A stretch of 63,028 nucleotides of DNA, filler included, from Choristocarpus tenellus KU-1152 (Eukaryota; Protista; Phaeophyceae), in assembly GCA_964200185.2 (NCBI GenBank). It is 8 parts of 8 records of this genome, joined end to end, with 100 filler letters (N's around TTAATTAATTAA, not from the genome) between each part and the next. Parts side by side here need not be neighbours in the genome. Positions count along the whole stretch, not along the records: positions 27,633 to 44,337 come from CAXNAD020000789.1; positions 44,438 to 52,959 come from CAXNAD020004623.1; 6 more parts are not named here. One strand, given 5' to 3'. A program made the position numbers and the translations under genes. The notes under the pieces were generated by a model that saw nothing but the letters and a program-made list of their open reading frames with translations, was not told the DNA's origin and made no database searches. Below are positions 37,738 to 50,300 of the stretch, one piece after another (positions within the stretch are counted from its first letter, which is position 1; the number at the start of each line of letters is the position of its first letter).

Positions 37738-40068
37738 ATGATCGGAGGATATAACGCAGTTCTTGCCCTATTGGGTGTCACTGGTCTCTTGGGATCGATC
37801 ACCAATGTTGGTGAGTGCTACGGTGTCCTACTATCAAATCAAAAAAAAATTAGGAACAACAATTCCCACTTCGCGAAATGATAGTATTACCTTCAACCTT
37901 CCTACATGTGCCACATAAAAGAAGGGTCGTATCCGCATGTAATCCCCTTCTTCACCGATGATGTTTGTAGTGCAGTCGAACAATGCTAAGTCGACTCTTT
38001 CTCACCTATTATCTCAATCCTGTATTTCTTGCCCATTCAATGACGACAGCCTCGCAAAATGTTTGTGATGGAGTTACGGACTCTGCCAATGATATATGTT
38101 GTGTGGGTGCTTGCGGAACTTGTGGTGGAGCGGGATGTGGTCTCATTCCTGGGACGAATGGGCCTTCGGACTGCTGTGTAACGGAAATTTGGGATTCTGG
38201 TGTAATGTGCAGCGAAACTGTTGGAGCGCCTTGTATCCTCAGTGCACGTGAGTTGATGAGATTGTCCTCTCAACGAGTGGGATAAGTGACTCTGCAAGTC
38301 TAGCTTCCTGCAGATTTTCAATGACGCTTGGAGAGCTGGTTTTACATCGATTCATTCTAATTATGTCTGTTTCCCTCTTCGTGTGATACGTCTTTTTGTT
38401 GGGATGTGACTTCTCGCATATATGTACCTCCGCTGCAGCGGAATCTGTGTCGAACTCGACATGTCCAGGGACTGATGTTGCTGGTCTCAGGGATCCAGTG
38501 GAGGATGTGTGTTGCCCTGCTGAATGTGGTGAATGTGGTGGGGAGGGCTGTGGTCGGATCCCTGGCACCACCGCAAATGAATGCTGTGCATCCAATATCA
38601 TGATGGCAAGAGTGTTATGCTCTGAGAGTGGTGAAGCACCTTGCATCATCGACCAAGGTCTGTAACATTTATTATATTTTAGAAGTTGGGATTGATTTTG
38701 AAAAGATCTTTTTTCAAAGTTACCCATGTATGTGGTCGGAAGGAGCGAAGAGGATGTTGTATTAACTTGGAACACTCACTCACTATGGTTAGGTTTGCCT
38801 TCCAAGAGTTCTATTTACTCAATTTTCTAACTTCACTTTCGTTTTTTTCTTTGATTACTTCGCAGCTGTAGGAAACTTAACCTCAACATGCAGCAATGGT
38901 TTCCCTGGCATTGAGGACAGTGTTCTTGATGTATGCTGTTCTGCAAGCTGTGGAGTGTGTGGTGGCCAGGGATGTGGAAATATCCCAGGCACTGGTGGTG
39001 CCTCTGATTGCTGCTCCAGCACAATTGCTACTGAGGGTTCCTTCTGTGACGAAACTGGAGCAGCACCATGCATCATGAACTTTGGTGCGTTTAGAGATTG
39101 ATTTATATTTCTTGTTAATATGCATACATTTCTTTGATACTTTAAACTGACATTGTAACTGAAGTGAATTTAGTAAAGGTTTGTAATGTTTGAACGGCCA
39201 ATCTCTCCCACTTCTGTCTGTGTTGTGCTGGCAGATTTTGTTCCATCTACATGTGCGAATGGTCTCTCGGGTGTCGGAAATGGAGATATCTGCTGTGCAG
39301 AGGTAATCTCATTATCCTTTATGTCCATCAAGATAAACTTTTCACTCTTGAATTTTCGACTTTTCTACCACCCCCTAGATGGATTGCGAAATGTCCAAAG
39401 TTAATTTTTTCATTTTCACAGTCCCACTGACGTTCTGTCTTCTTCTTACCTACTACGTATTTTAAAATAAAGAGCTGCAATGGGCAATGCGGTGGTGTTG
39501 GCTGCGGTAGTATTCCTGGGACCAATGGCCCCAGTGACTGCTGCACCGAAGACATCCTTGATTCTGGAGTATTTTGTGAACCGGGCGTTCTTGCACCCTG
39601 CATTATGATCGAGGGTGAGGTTTTGATTTAGTTCAAACTACTTTCCTCGAGGGAAAACTATGTTTAAAAAAACTCAAGAATGCATTAGATGTGATGTCAC
39701 AGTACGCACCACTGTAAAACTGAAATTGCTAAAAAAAAATTGTTGCCCTTGCACTGTTAGGTACCTTCACACAAGCTCCTACTGCTTCGCCTTCCATGGT
39801 CCCCACCATGAGTGGCACTCTGGTAGGTACCATGGTGGGTACAATGATGGGCACTGATTCTCCCACTGCCGCACCAACAATGATTGGTGGAACATTTGCT
39901 CCCACCGCGGATGTGATGATGACCACATTTTCACCTACCTCATCAGACACAGAAACCCCTGGAAGTAGAGAAATCTCTGGTGCATCAAGTGCCGTGCCCA
40001 CAAGTACTTTTGTTGCAGCTGTTACTGCACTTGTGGGAGTTGTGACCTCTTTTGCTCTCCTTTGCTGA
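37738..40068 (+). CDS. Secreted, probably GPI-anchored protein with four Cys-rich modules and a Ser/Thr/Pro stalk, 7 exons, 408 aa
   Basis: Exons 37738-37810 (signal peptide MIGGYNAVLALLGVTGLLGSITNV), 38050-38247, 38439-38657, 38866-39084, 39235-39302, 39473-39614, 39761-40068; total 1227 nt in frame; all GT-AG. Module: C...D[IV]CCxxxCGxCGGxGCGxIPGT...[DE]CCxxxI......C......APCI. The C-terminus ...SGASSAVPTSTFVAAVTALVGVVTSFALLC* is hydrophobic with no cytoplasmic tail. Confidence 0.92.
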
Positions 40069-42949
40069 GAAAGAAATTGGTAATGAACCTGAAAAGCTTG
40101 ATACAGGGCAAGGTGTGACATTGCACAGCTATTGTTGCAACAATTTCAGTTGTTGGTGGAATTTTTGAAAAACGCCCTCAGCACAGAAACGTTCATGGCT
40201 CTAGAACAATTGCAAATCCCAATTTTTTGGGGGATCGTAACTCAAGTCAAATATGTGTTAAGCTTTTCTTCAGACAAATTCTTGGTCTATGTTGCGTGGC
40301 AGTCGTACTATTTTTGGTAGCTGTTCTCCTCAGACACAGTGGCCCTATTTCTGACTTGTTGGGAAACAATTGTTGGCTACTGTGTCACGAAAAAAAATAA
40401 CACCTTGTAACATAGAGAACTGCTGTCAGTTGTTTGAAAGAGTTTGTATTGACATCAATAGTTGCGGTGCTTGAGAAGAGGGAAGCACTCAAAAGTGATG
40501 GTTTGATGTCTATATTTTATGTGTATGGGGGGAATCTGCTTCTAGTTTGGAGGCATTATATTTTTGTTGAGTCAACTTGGTTTTGACAGAGACTTCATTT
40601 GTTGAGGTCTTGCATTTACGGAGATGAGTTCGTTCTTACTGGTTTTGATCATCTCCCGTGATTTTATGTTTTTTGTTGATTTTCCATGTCTTCAACAACA
40701 TAAGCTTTATGTGTGAGTTGGGAATAGATTCCCTCAAGCTGAGTGTGGGTGGTCTAATGGGTGCAGATGGCTCTTGATTTCTTGTGATGATAGGGCTGGG
40801 TTGATTCGGTTTGTGTAAGCAGTATAAGTTTGGAGGCAAGGCACAGTGGGGATGACAGGCGCGTCCATTTTTGACCATGTCAACTTACATACTAGCCTTA
40901 GTTCAATGGAGTGCATGTATTTGCTTGATACTATTCTATGTGTGACATTATTGAGGGCATTGTGTTTTGATATCTAAATTCGTATGTTACGATTTTTTAT
41001 TGTTCTCTCCTTCAGAGACTTGAATTAGTAATACATATAAATTTCATAATGCTGGCAAATGCATATCAAGTTTGAGAAGAAGAAAAGAAGATGGAGATCG
41101 TCCAGTCAGTGGTGAGACAGAAGCGTGATGAGGTCTTTGTAGAGTGTGTCTCCTGAATTGGGGACTTTATTTACCTTGTTGGTAGACACGGAAGCTGGAC
41201 AATGGAAACAAGACGTTTATGGAGGAGTGGCAAGTATGTTTATGCTATGATGACTAGTTGTGTAATTATATCCAATACTGTTACGATTTACTACTAGTGC
41301 AACAGGAATCATAGCGATGAGGAAACGAAATGTATCATATTGTGATGGATAGGTCCTCCTGTTGGTATATTTATGTACGTCTTTGTTTTGGGTAACATTG
41401 ATGTTAAACACAGATTTTGATAAGTCCTCGACCACTTTCGATTGACTGTCACAAGCATGTGATGTCAACCAACATCTATGATGTTCATATTAAACTTCAT
41501 CCCAAGATTTTATATTTAGTTGTGAGCACTTCAGGTTTTTAGAAAAAGGAAACACTGACATAAATGGTGATTCTGAAGACTCCCTATGTCTGATCCGACC
41601 CTGCCCCACCATAGTGATATTCACCCTAGCAAATCTAAAGGGGAGCCACAGAATCCGTCGTGAGGCCCTTGAATGAATTAGTGTAGCGGAACGAGCCATG
41701 GCCCTGATTGCTGTTCAAGCGATGGCCATGATGGAGTATTACGTATGTACATGCTTCGACAGGGCTAGCCCCAAACAATGCACATATGGGAAGGGTAGCT
41801 AGAGGTTGATCAGCAGTCTTGGACCAAAAAGTATGCTGTGGGACAGCAGGGTCACAGGGCAGACCAGAAAGAGTTCTTGTTTGGAGTACAGAATCGTCAA
41901 TGTTTAGCATATTATTTCAGTAATGGAAAGAGATGCAGTACAGAAGTACCAATTGCAAAATGTATACAGTGTGCTCTTGCTGGTACAAAGTGGAAAGTAG
42001 GAAGTTGAGTTTCGGGGTATCCCTATACCTTTGAAGAAGTGGTTTGCTGGAAAAAAAACAGGAGTGCAGAGAGTAGTTCAGCAGAGTTTGGCTGAATGTT
42101 GGACAGGACCTATAATGTGTTGAGGGTAGAATCATGTATTTTATCAAGGAATGTCAAGATAGGGCAGAATTTGTTGTATTCTGGCTTAAACCTCACACTC
42201 AAGGACGAAAATGTCGTAGGAAATACCTTTGTTTAGATGTAAGTCATGTGAGCATCCTCAGAAAGTAAGCCCACCTACCTGTTTGCCATGGAATGTGTCA
42301 CGTTTTGTGATACACCGATTTGCTGAGAGCACCCCACCATTTTCGTTGACCGTGGAGGATGCTGAAGTAGTAGTGTATCTATGGAAGACTGCCCAACTGG
42401 AGCAACTGACTCGTCCTAGATTGACAGTAGTATTTCACCAAAATCCTTGGTGTTCTGTACAAAGTTCAGTGGGCGGATGGCTTGGAAGAGACTTCAATAG
42501 ATTATGCCTTTTCGATAGGTAGGAATTGGAGCGGAAACCCTGTGCAACATTTGGAACCTGCACACATGAGTAGACATGGCGCCTTTGGAATATACGAACT
42601 CTGTCAGTAGCCAAAACACGTACATGTGTGTGACCAACACCGTTAAAATGTGGTATGTGTTGGAGGAGCACAGTTAGTTCTTGGGACAGATCATTAGCAG
42701 TTCTCACGGAAGGCATAGATTATAACATGTACCCTGTTGTTTTTGTCATGTCCCTGGGAGGGATCTGGAATTCAATATCTGACTTCGTTCCACCACAAAT
42801 GAATAGAGGTTAGGGCTATTATGAATAAAGTTGTATATCGAAGACAAAAAGTATGAAGTAAATTCCACTTTCTTTTGAAACAGTGTGAAGTTTATGGTAT
42901 TTGATGAGGTGAATTGTCTGTTTGAGGTGTGAGGTCCAGGTCGCATTCT

Positions 42950-43127
42950 GACCCAAAGTACCTGGGGGAGGGGGGGAGGTCTACACCAGGGTGTCCATTT
43001 GGGTCAAAATCTGGAAAAGTACGTTTACATTATCCTTCCGACGTATGCAACCAAATCACCCAAAGATCGCGACATGAAAAAATTGACCCCAAGTGGAAGC
43101 CGCCACCCCCCCCAGATACTTTGAGCC
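42950..43127. mobile_element. MITE family M1, full copy (178 bp)
   Basis: GACCCAAAGTACCTGGGGG ... CCCCCAGATACTTTGAGCC; TCT(G) duplicated. Confidence 0.85.
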
Positions 43128-43901
43128 TCTGATACTATCGTAGTTTGAGCATCATATTGTGAGTACACTAATGTCGATTAATTTCCCTCATCCATTTTGG
43201 TTTGAACTCCTTATTGTTTTTGAGGCACAGAGGATGGATATAGTAAATACAATTTAGGGATGACTGGGGGTGTTATGATGTCCTTTGATGGAACAAATAA
43301 TACCTCCAAACCATCTGTTTCTTACATTGATATGGATAAATTTAATTGGTGAGCGCAAAAGAAAAAACTAAGAGTTTGTTGAGTAGACTGATTTAGGAAA
43401 GACCAGAAAACGTTGGTTTAAAGATGGTGTGCGATTTTCTGATTTCGAACTATGACAAATAAAACCTGTTACGTTGTTTGGAGGTGTCCCTACTAAGAGA
43501 ATGTAAGGGGGAGTGAGTAATCAGAGTGACTAATTGAAGAAGGATGTGTATTCATGTTCAGCACTTTATCAATGATGTGAAACCACAACACTCGAGAAAG
43601 CCAGAGTCTCTTTTATGTGTTCTCAGTCTCCGTTTTGATCGGTTGGAATTTCTTTCACACTGGCTATTAGTTGGTTTATATTCCACAATGAATCTTCGCA
43701 GACGTGATCCAGATCTTTCCATGCATGATTCTTGTGGTATACAGTATGTGGTTTATAGAAGTCAAAACCCTTTAAAAAAAATGGTCATCGTAGTAGTGGA
43801 TTTTAGTGACAGAATAAGGACAACCATCTTACCTACATAATAACACCATGAACATCATTATTAGAACTACCACTATTATCATAATATCACATAGATATAT
43901 T

Positions 43902-44125
43902 ATTATGCCCTCTGACATTTTGCAGATGTGTCAGGGGGAAAACAAATGAAAACTATACATATGTCAGTATAAGCCCAAAGAAATAAAATATCATAAATGT
44001 GGAAACACTATGAAACACTGTTAGTGTGAAAAACAATAATCTATCAGTTACTTCACCACTATCAATATCTTACTACTGTCTTCCTGTGCTTCCCATCTAC
44101 TTGCTCCTGCGCCCCGGTGGGGGGG
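43902..44125 (+). repeat. Dispersed repeat family M3, copy 3
   Basis: Contains the hairpin CCCTCTGACAT-tttgcag-ATGTGTCAGGGGG; homologous to 10719 and 36150. Confidence 0.75.
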
Positions 44126-44337
44126 AGCTAGGGAGGCATCCCAAGAATCCAACAAACCCCTCCGTGCCCAGCTCCCTGGTGACTCTAGTTTAAAGTGCAT
44201 GACACGTCGAGACAAGGCCGCTTGCGTAGTCACCGAAACAATTTGGCGTGGCCTAGATTTACCTACTCCTTTCCTGTAATATCCTCCCGTTCCTCTCCCC
44301 CCTACCATGTGAGTAGCCAGCTCATCCAGGAAGCATT

Positions 44338-44437
44338 NNNNNNNNNNNNNNNNNNNNNNNNNNNNNNNNNNNNNNNNNNNNTTAATTAATTAANNNNNNN
44401 NNNNNNNNNNNNNNNNNNNNNNNNNNNNNNNNNNNNN
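44338..44437. other. Artificial contig spacer
   Basis: N44-TTAATTAATTAA-N44. Confidence 0.98.
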
Positions 44438-44882
44438 GTTCATACAGGCCCCGAATGGACACCTGACCCCCCTCCAGGATACTATTGGTCATCTGTGGAG
44501 CCCTGACAGTCTGCCGTAGTTGTGCAGATATGATGGTTTTGACTACGTTGGGTGGTAGCTTTGCACCAAGTTCTATTATCCTGCCCACCATGCGTAGTCC
44601 TCCCCTGATCAACCTTCCGTGACGCAGGTATGCCCGCTGTTGCATCAATAAACCGTGCAATGGATACTTCAAAGTAGTATAGTGCAAGTGAAGTCTGTTG
44701 CAATTGTCTGTATGTCATGTTTCCCTTCCTTTGCTGGATATGTCAAGTATGATACCTTGAGAGAGAACAGTGGGATATTTTGTCCCTCTTCGATCGGAAG
44801 GATTACAATAAATGGCAAGAACGCTCTTTCTTATCATTCGTAAAAGCACGTTTAGGGTATGAATTGTGGATTCGTGATATAT

Positions 44883-45106
44883 GGGTCAAAGTATCTGGGG
44901 GGGGGGGGTGCCGGCGTCCGTTTTTGACCCTGGCTCAAAGTACTTGAGGGGGGTGGTGGCTGTTCATTTGGAGCTAAATTTTTAATGTCACGGTTTTTGG
45001 GTGATTTGGTTCCATACGTTGGATGGATAACGAAAGTGTACTTTTCCTGGTATTGGTCCAAATGGACACTTTGGTAAAGACCCCCCCCTGCCAGATACTT
45101 TGGGTC
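44883..45106. mobile_element. MITE family M1, composite copy with two left termini
   Basis: GGGTCAAAGTATCTGGGG at 44883, a second GGCTCAAAGTACTTGAGG at 44932, right end CCAGATACTTTGGGTC; ATAT duplicated on the outer flanks. Confidence 0.8.
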
Positions 45107-45750
45107 ATATGTACGAAGGGGAAAAGTAATTTTTGTACACACTATTGTGCCATGATGCGGCGATGAAATACAGCGTATTGCAAAGGGCAAGATTAATGGC
45201 TTAAAACGCTAAATGCTCAAAGGTTGCTGATCTTCCAAGTACTTGCAATGTGATTGGACTGCCGAATTCCACAGGCAAATAATTCTGCCATCGCCCATCT
45301 GTCCACGGAAAGTTGTATTGTGTCAGAGGATTAATTTCTTCATTAGCTACAATATGAGCAATATAGGTCCATGCAACAGCCCTCTGAACTGTAATTTGCT
45401 CCTTCTGTTGACAATCAACGCCCTTGACAATTTAATTTTAAAAGTTTGGTATGAAACCAATTTTTTTCCTCTACGGAACAACCATACCTTTGAGGAAAAA
45501 TTTTACCTTGACTGACGAAGCAAGAAATGCACCTTGGAGAAGTATTCAGTATGTACGCTACATCCAGTACTACTAAATTTCCTATAATCTAATATTTGTG
45601 TATGACCATTATATATGTTATTAATGTAATCTAGGTTTTGTTATCGTGACCTTTAATCAAACTTTAGTTTTGCTTTGCTCACTGGATTATCATTTATTCT
45701 ATGATTGCATTCCACCCATTCTACTCTCCCCCAATTGTAACACCAATTGC

Positions 45751-45910
45751 GACCAACCAGTGCGAACACCCTTCGCCACTGATTTCCAGTCACCAGTCAC
45801 CTCGGATGACCAACCAGTGCGACCCCTTTGCTACAGATATCCAGTCACCAGCCACCTCCGATGACCAACCACTGTGACCCCTTTGCCACTGATTTCCAGT
45901 CACCACCACT
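45751..45910 (+). repeat. ~55-bp tandem repeat x3, followed by a CCA/CAC-rich low-complexity tract
   Basis: gaccaaccagtgcga(a)c(a)ccctt(c/t)gccactgatttccagtcaccagtcacctc(g/c)gat repeated. Confidence 0.85.
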
Positions 45911-46259
45911 TTCCGCTTCACCACACCATTCAACCCCTCTCAACCCCACTTTCCACTTTACCACACCTTTCAGCACCACTCAACCCAATTACGCTTTTCA
46001 CCACTTTTCGCTCCACCCCACCATTGAACACCACTCAACACCACAACACCTTTCACCACTTTCCACTCGACCACACCATTCAACACCACTCCACGATCAT
46101 CCAAGAACACCCCTTCATCACCCACTTCAATACCGCGCCTTTGAACTAGAAGACATCTACCCCACCCAATCTTGACCTCCCCCACCCTGTTCCCCAGTAT
46201 CCCAGTCGATCGTGAGCAATTGAAAGGGCGGGTGGGTGGGTGGGAGAGATTGCTCAGAG

Positions 46260-46517
46260 GAGTGAAAGTAACTTAGAGGGTACGAATTTTGCCATGTTTG
46301 TCCATGTGAGGCTTGGCTTCCCACGTGTTTTTATTCACATTTTATCTACTCCCAAATGTTTCGGAGTAGGTAAAATGTATATATTATGAAAAGGAGTGTC
46401 CAGACAAGGATATTGAGATCTCCTAACAAACATGATAGTCAAAATTACATCAAAATTGCAACACTGGATATTGGTCCCCAAATGGACGCGGCTGTACCCT
46501 CTAAGATACTTTGGCTC
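46260..46517 (+). mobile_element. MITE family M2, full copy
   Basis: GAGTGAAAGTAACTTAGAGGGTAC ... GTACCCTCTAAGATACTTTGGCTC; AGAG duplicated. Confidence 0.88.
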
Positions 46518-46739
46518 AGAGGTTGCCTTGTTCTAGTCCTACTTGTTCGGTCCCACCAACCTGAGGTTCCTTATGTTCTGATGCATCCCTTCCTAACTTG
46601 AGCTTTTATTTACCACCCGTTTCCATTAACTTCTCTCCTACCTCTTCTCTGTCTCCTAGACACTCAGTACTTAACTCTTCGTCCATTCCTTTGATATTTT
46701 CTCCCTACCCTAATCAACCCTGTTGGAGAGCTTATGGTA

Positions 46740-47330
46740 AGTGTTACATTACAGAGATGACGTTCCTTACAGTTGTGGCCCGCCCTAGGAAGTTCTCCAA
46801 TGGGGTGTGTTTTGATGGTAAAATCGAGATCTGGCCAATGGTGGACACCAAGGTCGCTCAGCACTCCAGCAAACCCCGCCCCAAGGGTTCCAAGGTGTTT
46901 GTGCCAGCCGTGGCGGACGAGGAGAGGTATAAGACGCTCATGATTGAGGATGCCATCCTGGCAATCAAGGCCCGCATGTCTAGCCCGGAAGGACACACCA
47001 TCTTCATGCAACAGGATGGGGCAAAGCCACACACCAAGGGGGGATCATGGAGGCAATCGAGAAGGCGATGGGGGACGAGATTGTCATAGAGACCCAGCCA
47101 GCAAACTCACCTGACCTCAACACCAAACCCAAGGGATTCTTTCATTCCATCCAGCAACTGAAGGAAGACGTGGGCGTGACCAACATAGAGGAGCTGATGG
47201 AGGCCACAATGGAGGCGTTTGATGTGTACTGCCAGGAAACACTACTAGAGCGCGTCTGGCCGAGCCTCTTAGCAGTCTAAGGTGAAGTGCTGGGGTCCAA
47301 GGATGGCAAATCTTCAAAATTCCCTATTTT
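46740..47330 (+). pseudogene. Tc1/mariner transposase relic (plant/oomycete-type DD39D/DD37D-like), catalytic-domain fragment
   Basis: FLTVVARPR..FDGKIEIWP....AQHSSKPRPKG...AIKARM...IFMQQDGAKPH, a frameshift in the G run at ~47040, then QPANSPDLN....GFFHSIQQL...EELMEATMEAF. The third catalytic Asp position is degenerate (NTKPKGFF). Confidence 0.9.
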
Positions 47331-50300
47331 AGTAAGGAAATAGCTGAGAAAGCGAGCACTCCCCCTGAATGCCCTCCTGGTGGAACCGGGAAAATACCGT
47401 GCGGAATCATAGATAGGTGTAGGTTGCAAAAGTAATGTTACAGTTAATTCTGAACCGAAGAAGTAACAAGAATAACAATAAAAAATAATGATAGCTGTTG
47501 CACTTCAGCTAGTTGTACCGCCATCGTTTGTGCATTTCTTCTCGCATGTTGGGTTCAGCCATCTCACCAATTGTTGCTCCACTTCCTCCCTTGATTCTTG
47601 TGTGTTGCTATACTGCCCTCCATTCCCTACATCTCTCTATTCTCACAATGTGCAGAGCCATAGATCATACTACAACTGACCGATGGCTCACAGTTAATGA
47701 AGAAACACATTAAATCCCTCTCGGCTCAGCCATCAGAAATAAGTAGATACACAACCAACACCAGGCAGCTAAGCCACGAATGTAGCACTAGTCAAGCGTA
47801 CAGATTATCAGTTGAATCAGCCATGGCCAGTACAGGACCGCCATAACAGCCCTTGTACCCACTATTAGCGAGGATTATTAGTGGTTGGTCTTTGAACCAC
47901 CAGCCCCCTCACCAGCCCAACATGCTGCCCATCTTTGCCTCCCTTGCGTACCCTCGACAGAAAGCAACAACTTGGGTTAGGTTGGGCACAGTCTAGGGCC
48001 AAGCTTTTCCACGCTTTTTTCCAACTTGGTCGTCAGGATACCTAGATATGTTACCTTGGACCGCTGCGTTGTGTTCTTGAGGAGGATTGCGTAGCAACTG
48101 TCTCATAGCTGGTTAGTCGATGTCCATGACCTTGCAGCCAACCCTTCTTTTAAGTGCCAAGCCGAAGTTGGTATCGAAAACACCAGCATTCTTTTTTGGA
48201 ACAATAATTCTTCAAGATCCTTGATGTTGTTGGTGGATTGACGACAAACATCTTGGTGGCTCGCTGCAAGTCGACTTTGATCAACGAGTCCCTACTGCTG
48301 TCTTTGAGTGCCTCTGTGATCACCAGCCCTCCGTTCCTCGGGTAAATTTCTGTTATCTGGGCAATATCGGGCAGTCTTGTTTGTGTACATGACTACAGCG
48401 TGGCCAGAAGGTCTCTAACCGAGGATTCTTGGTTACTCCTTCCCTGCCCTGTACCCTCTTTGCTCAGTACCACAAATGCGAAAGGTTAATGGAATTTCAA
48501 TCTAACAAGTTGCACGTTTCACATTGGCGAAATCCAATAGAAAAATTCGCTGTAGAATCTGAGTTATGTCATAAAAACCCACATCAACCTTACAATACGC
48601 AACACAGGAAATACTCGTTACACTCTTTTTCAGAAGACACAATTTTCTGTTGTCTACACTATCTGCTGTTCACACTGCTGCTTCGTCCCAAGAAGGGCTT
48701 GCTCTTTATATTGACTGCGCTTTGTGGGTTACGTCCAGCACATTCTGCAATCCATGCAAATGCCCCCCCCCCCCCCCCCCTTTCAGGCCCCCCATAAACC
48801 TTTTTTTTCTTTTTCTTTCCTCAGATACCTTGTTTAATGCAGCACATCTGCTACCACACTTGATTTCGATTGTAAGATCTTCCCCAAATATATATATTTT
48901 CAAGGCTGGGATTGATTTCTGAGTTGAGCCCGAGAAGAATCTGCATGGCATGGACCTCTTACAGCAACACCCAGACTGTTGGAGAAAGGAAGCCTCGGCG
49001 GGGGATATGTCTGTATGTATTGTCAGTACCTGCAGAGGAATAAGTCAGACTATGACTGACCAACGCCCCACACCAATGAACATATATATTTGACACCTCC
49101 AGGCCATGTGTCCTCAGAAACAAGCAGATATTCATCCGATAGCCGACAGCAGAGGTCCTGTAGTAGCAGCGACACTTGACCATGCCCACCCAACCTAAAG
49201 GCATCAGGATTATGAGGCAGCATAATTGCTGCATTGTCATCTCTGTGATGCAAGCAAATCTTCAATAGATACGCACTGCAGTGTATTGTAGATGGTGGTT
49301 GCCTCACAATGGGATCTTATCCAGGCACAGCCCTTGTGCCTTTTATGACTGCTAGGTGGATCTTCTCCTCCTCTCTATCCCCAGACACACAAAACACTTC
49401 CGCCACCTATGCCTTTCCTCCTTGTGCTACTCGGGCACAGTGGCTGCTTAGTGCCGGGAGATCTTTTCTTTTCACCTAACCACCGCCCGTATATGCCCCA
49501 TTCCACCAACAATTTGCTTTATTTGAACAATTGCAGTAGCTAGGGAGCAACTTGAAGGTATCCCTTTTCCACGTCAACTGGCACTTGGGTGGTCTCCTTG
49601 CAAGATTTAGATTATGAGTTGGGCGCGTTGCATACCATTGTTCTTTGCTGCGCACTATCTTCACACACACATGCACAATGTGTATGAGTATCTGCTGTAA
49701 TGATATACTTCTGTACAAAACCACCTTAACGTTCTAGGTCTATTTCAGGTGTTATCGTTGATTCAAGGCTACTTGTGTTCCTACTACCGTTTTGCAGTGG
49801 TATCTAATGTCAATGGCAAGTTCTCGAGGCATGTGGCAGGTAGCCACAAGAGGAACCTCCCATGTTACAGTTGTCTTCCTGAGGCAATAGGCAACACACA
49901 ATAGGCAACAGGAGTTCCATCCATTCCCTTCACCTTGTAAGAAACACACTTTCATATTATTCCAACTATATGATGATGCATGTACAGAGAGAACAACCAA
50001 CACACATAAATATGCAGGTGGGTACCGTATCTCATACCCATAAATGCGCATTATCAAGCAACAGGTCTATATATTTGCATGTGTGCAAATAACATTGAAT
50101 TAATGCAATAGCACAATGTATCTAAATGGTCTTGTAACAGACAAATCATACGCACCTGCAATAATGCACAAAAAAGCGAGTATATAGTATCTCAAAAAGA
50201 GGTGCTATATCGAGATAATTATTGACCTTAGCAATGCCCTACTGTAGACTAGCAGACCACCATATTCAGCAGAAAGGGCCTAAGCTGGAAAGTGACAGCG

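Noticed and set aside
41400-42750. Possible retroelement relic (also 32560-33300 and 47800-48420)
   Set aside because: No RT, integrase, RNase H or gag motif could be identified in any frame I read.
45828-46185. His/Pro/Thr-rich ORFs
   Set aside because: Low-complexity CCA/CAC tract with several overlapping frames open; no splice or domain support.
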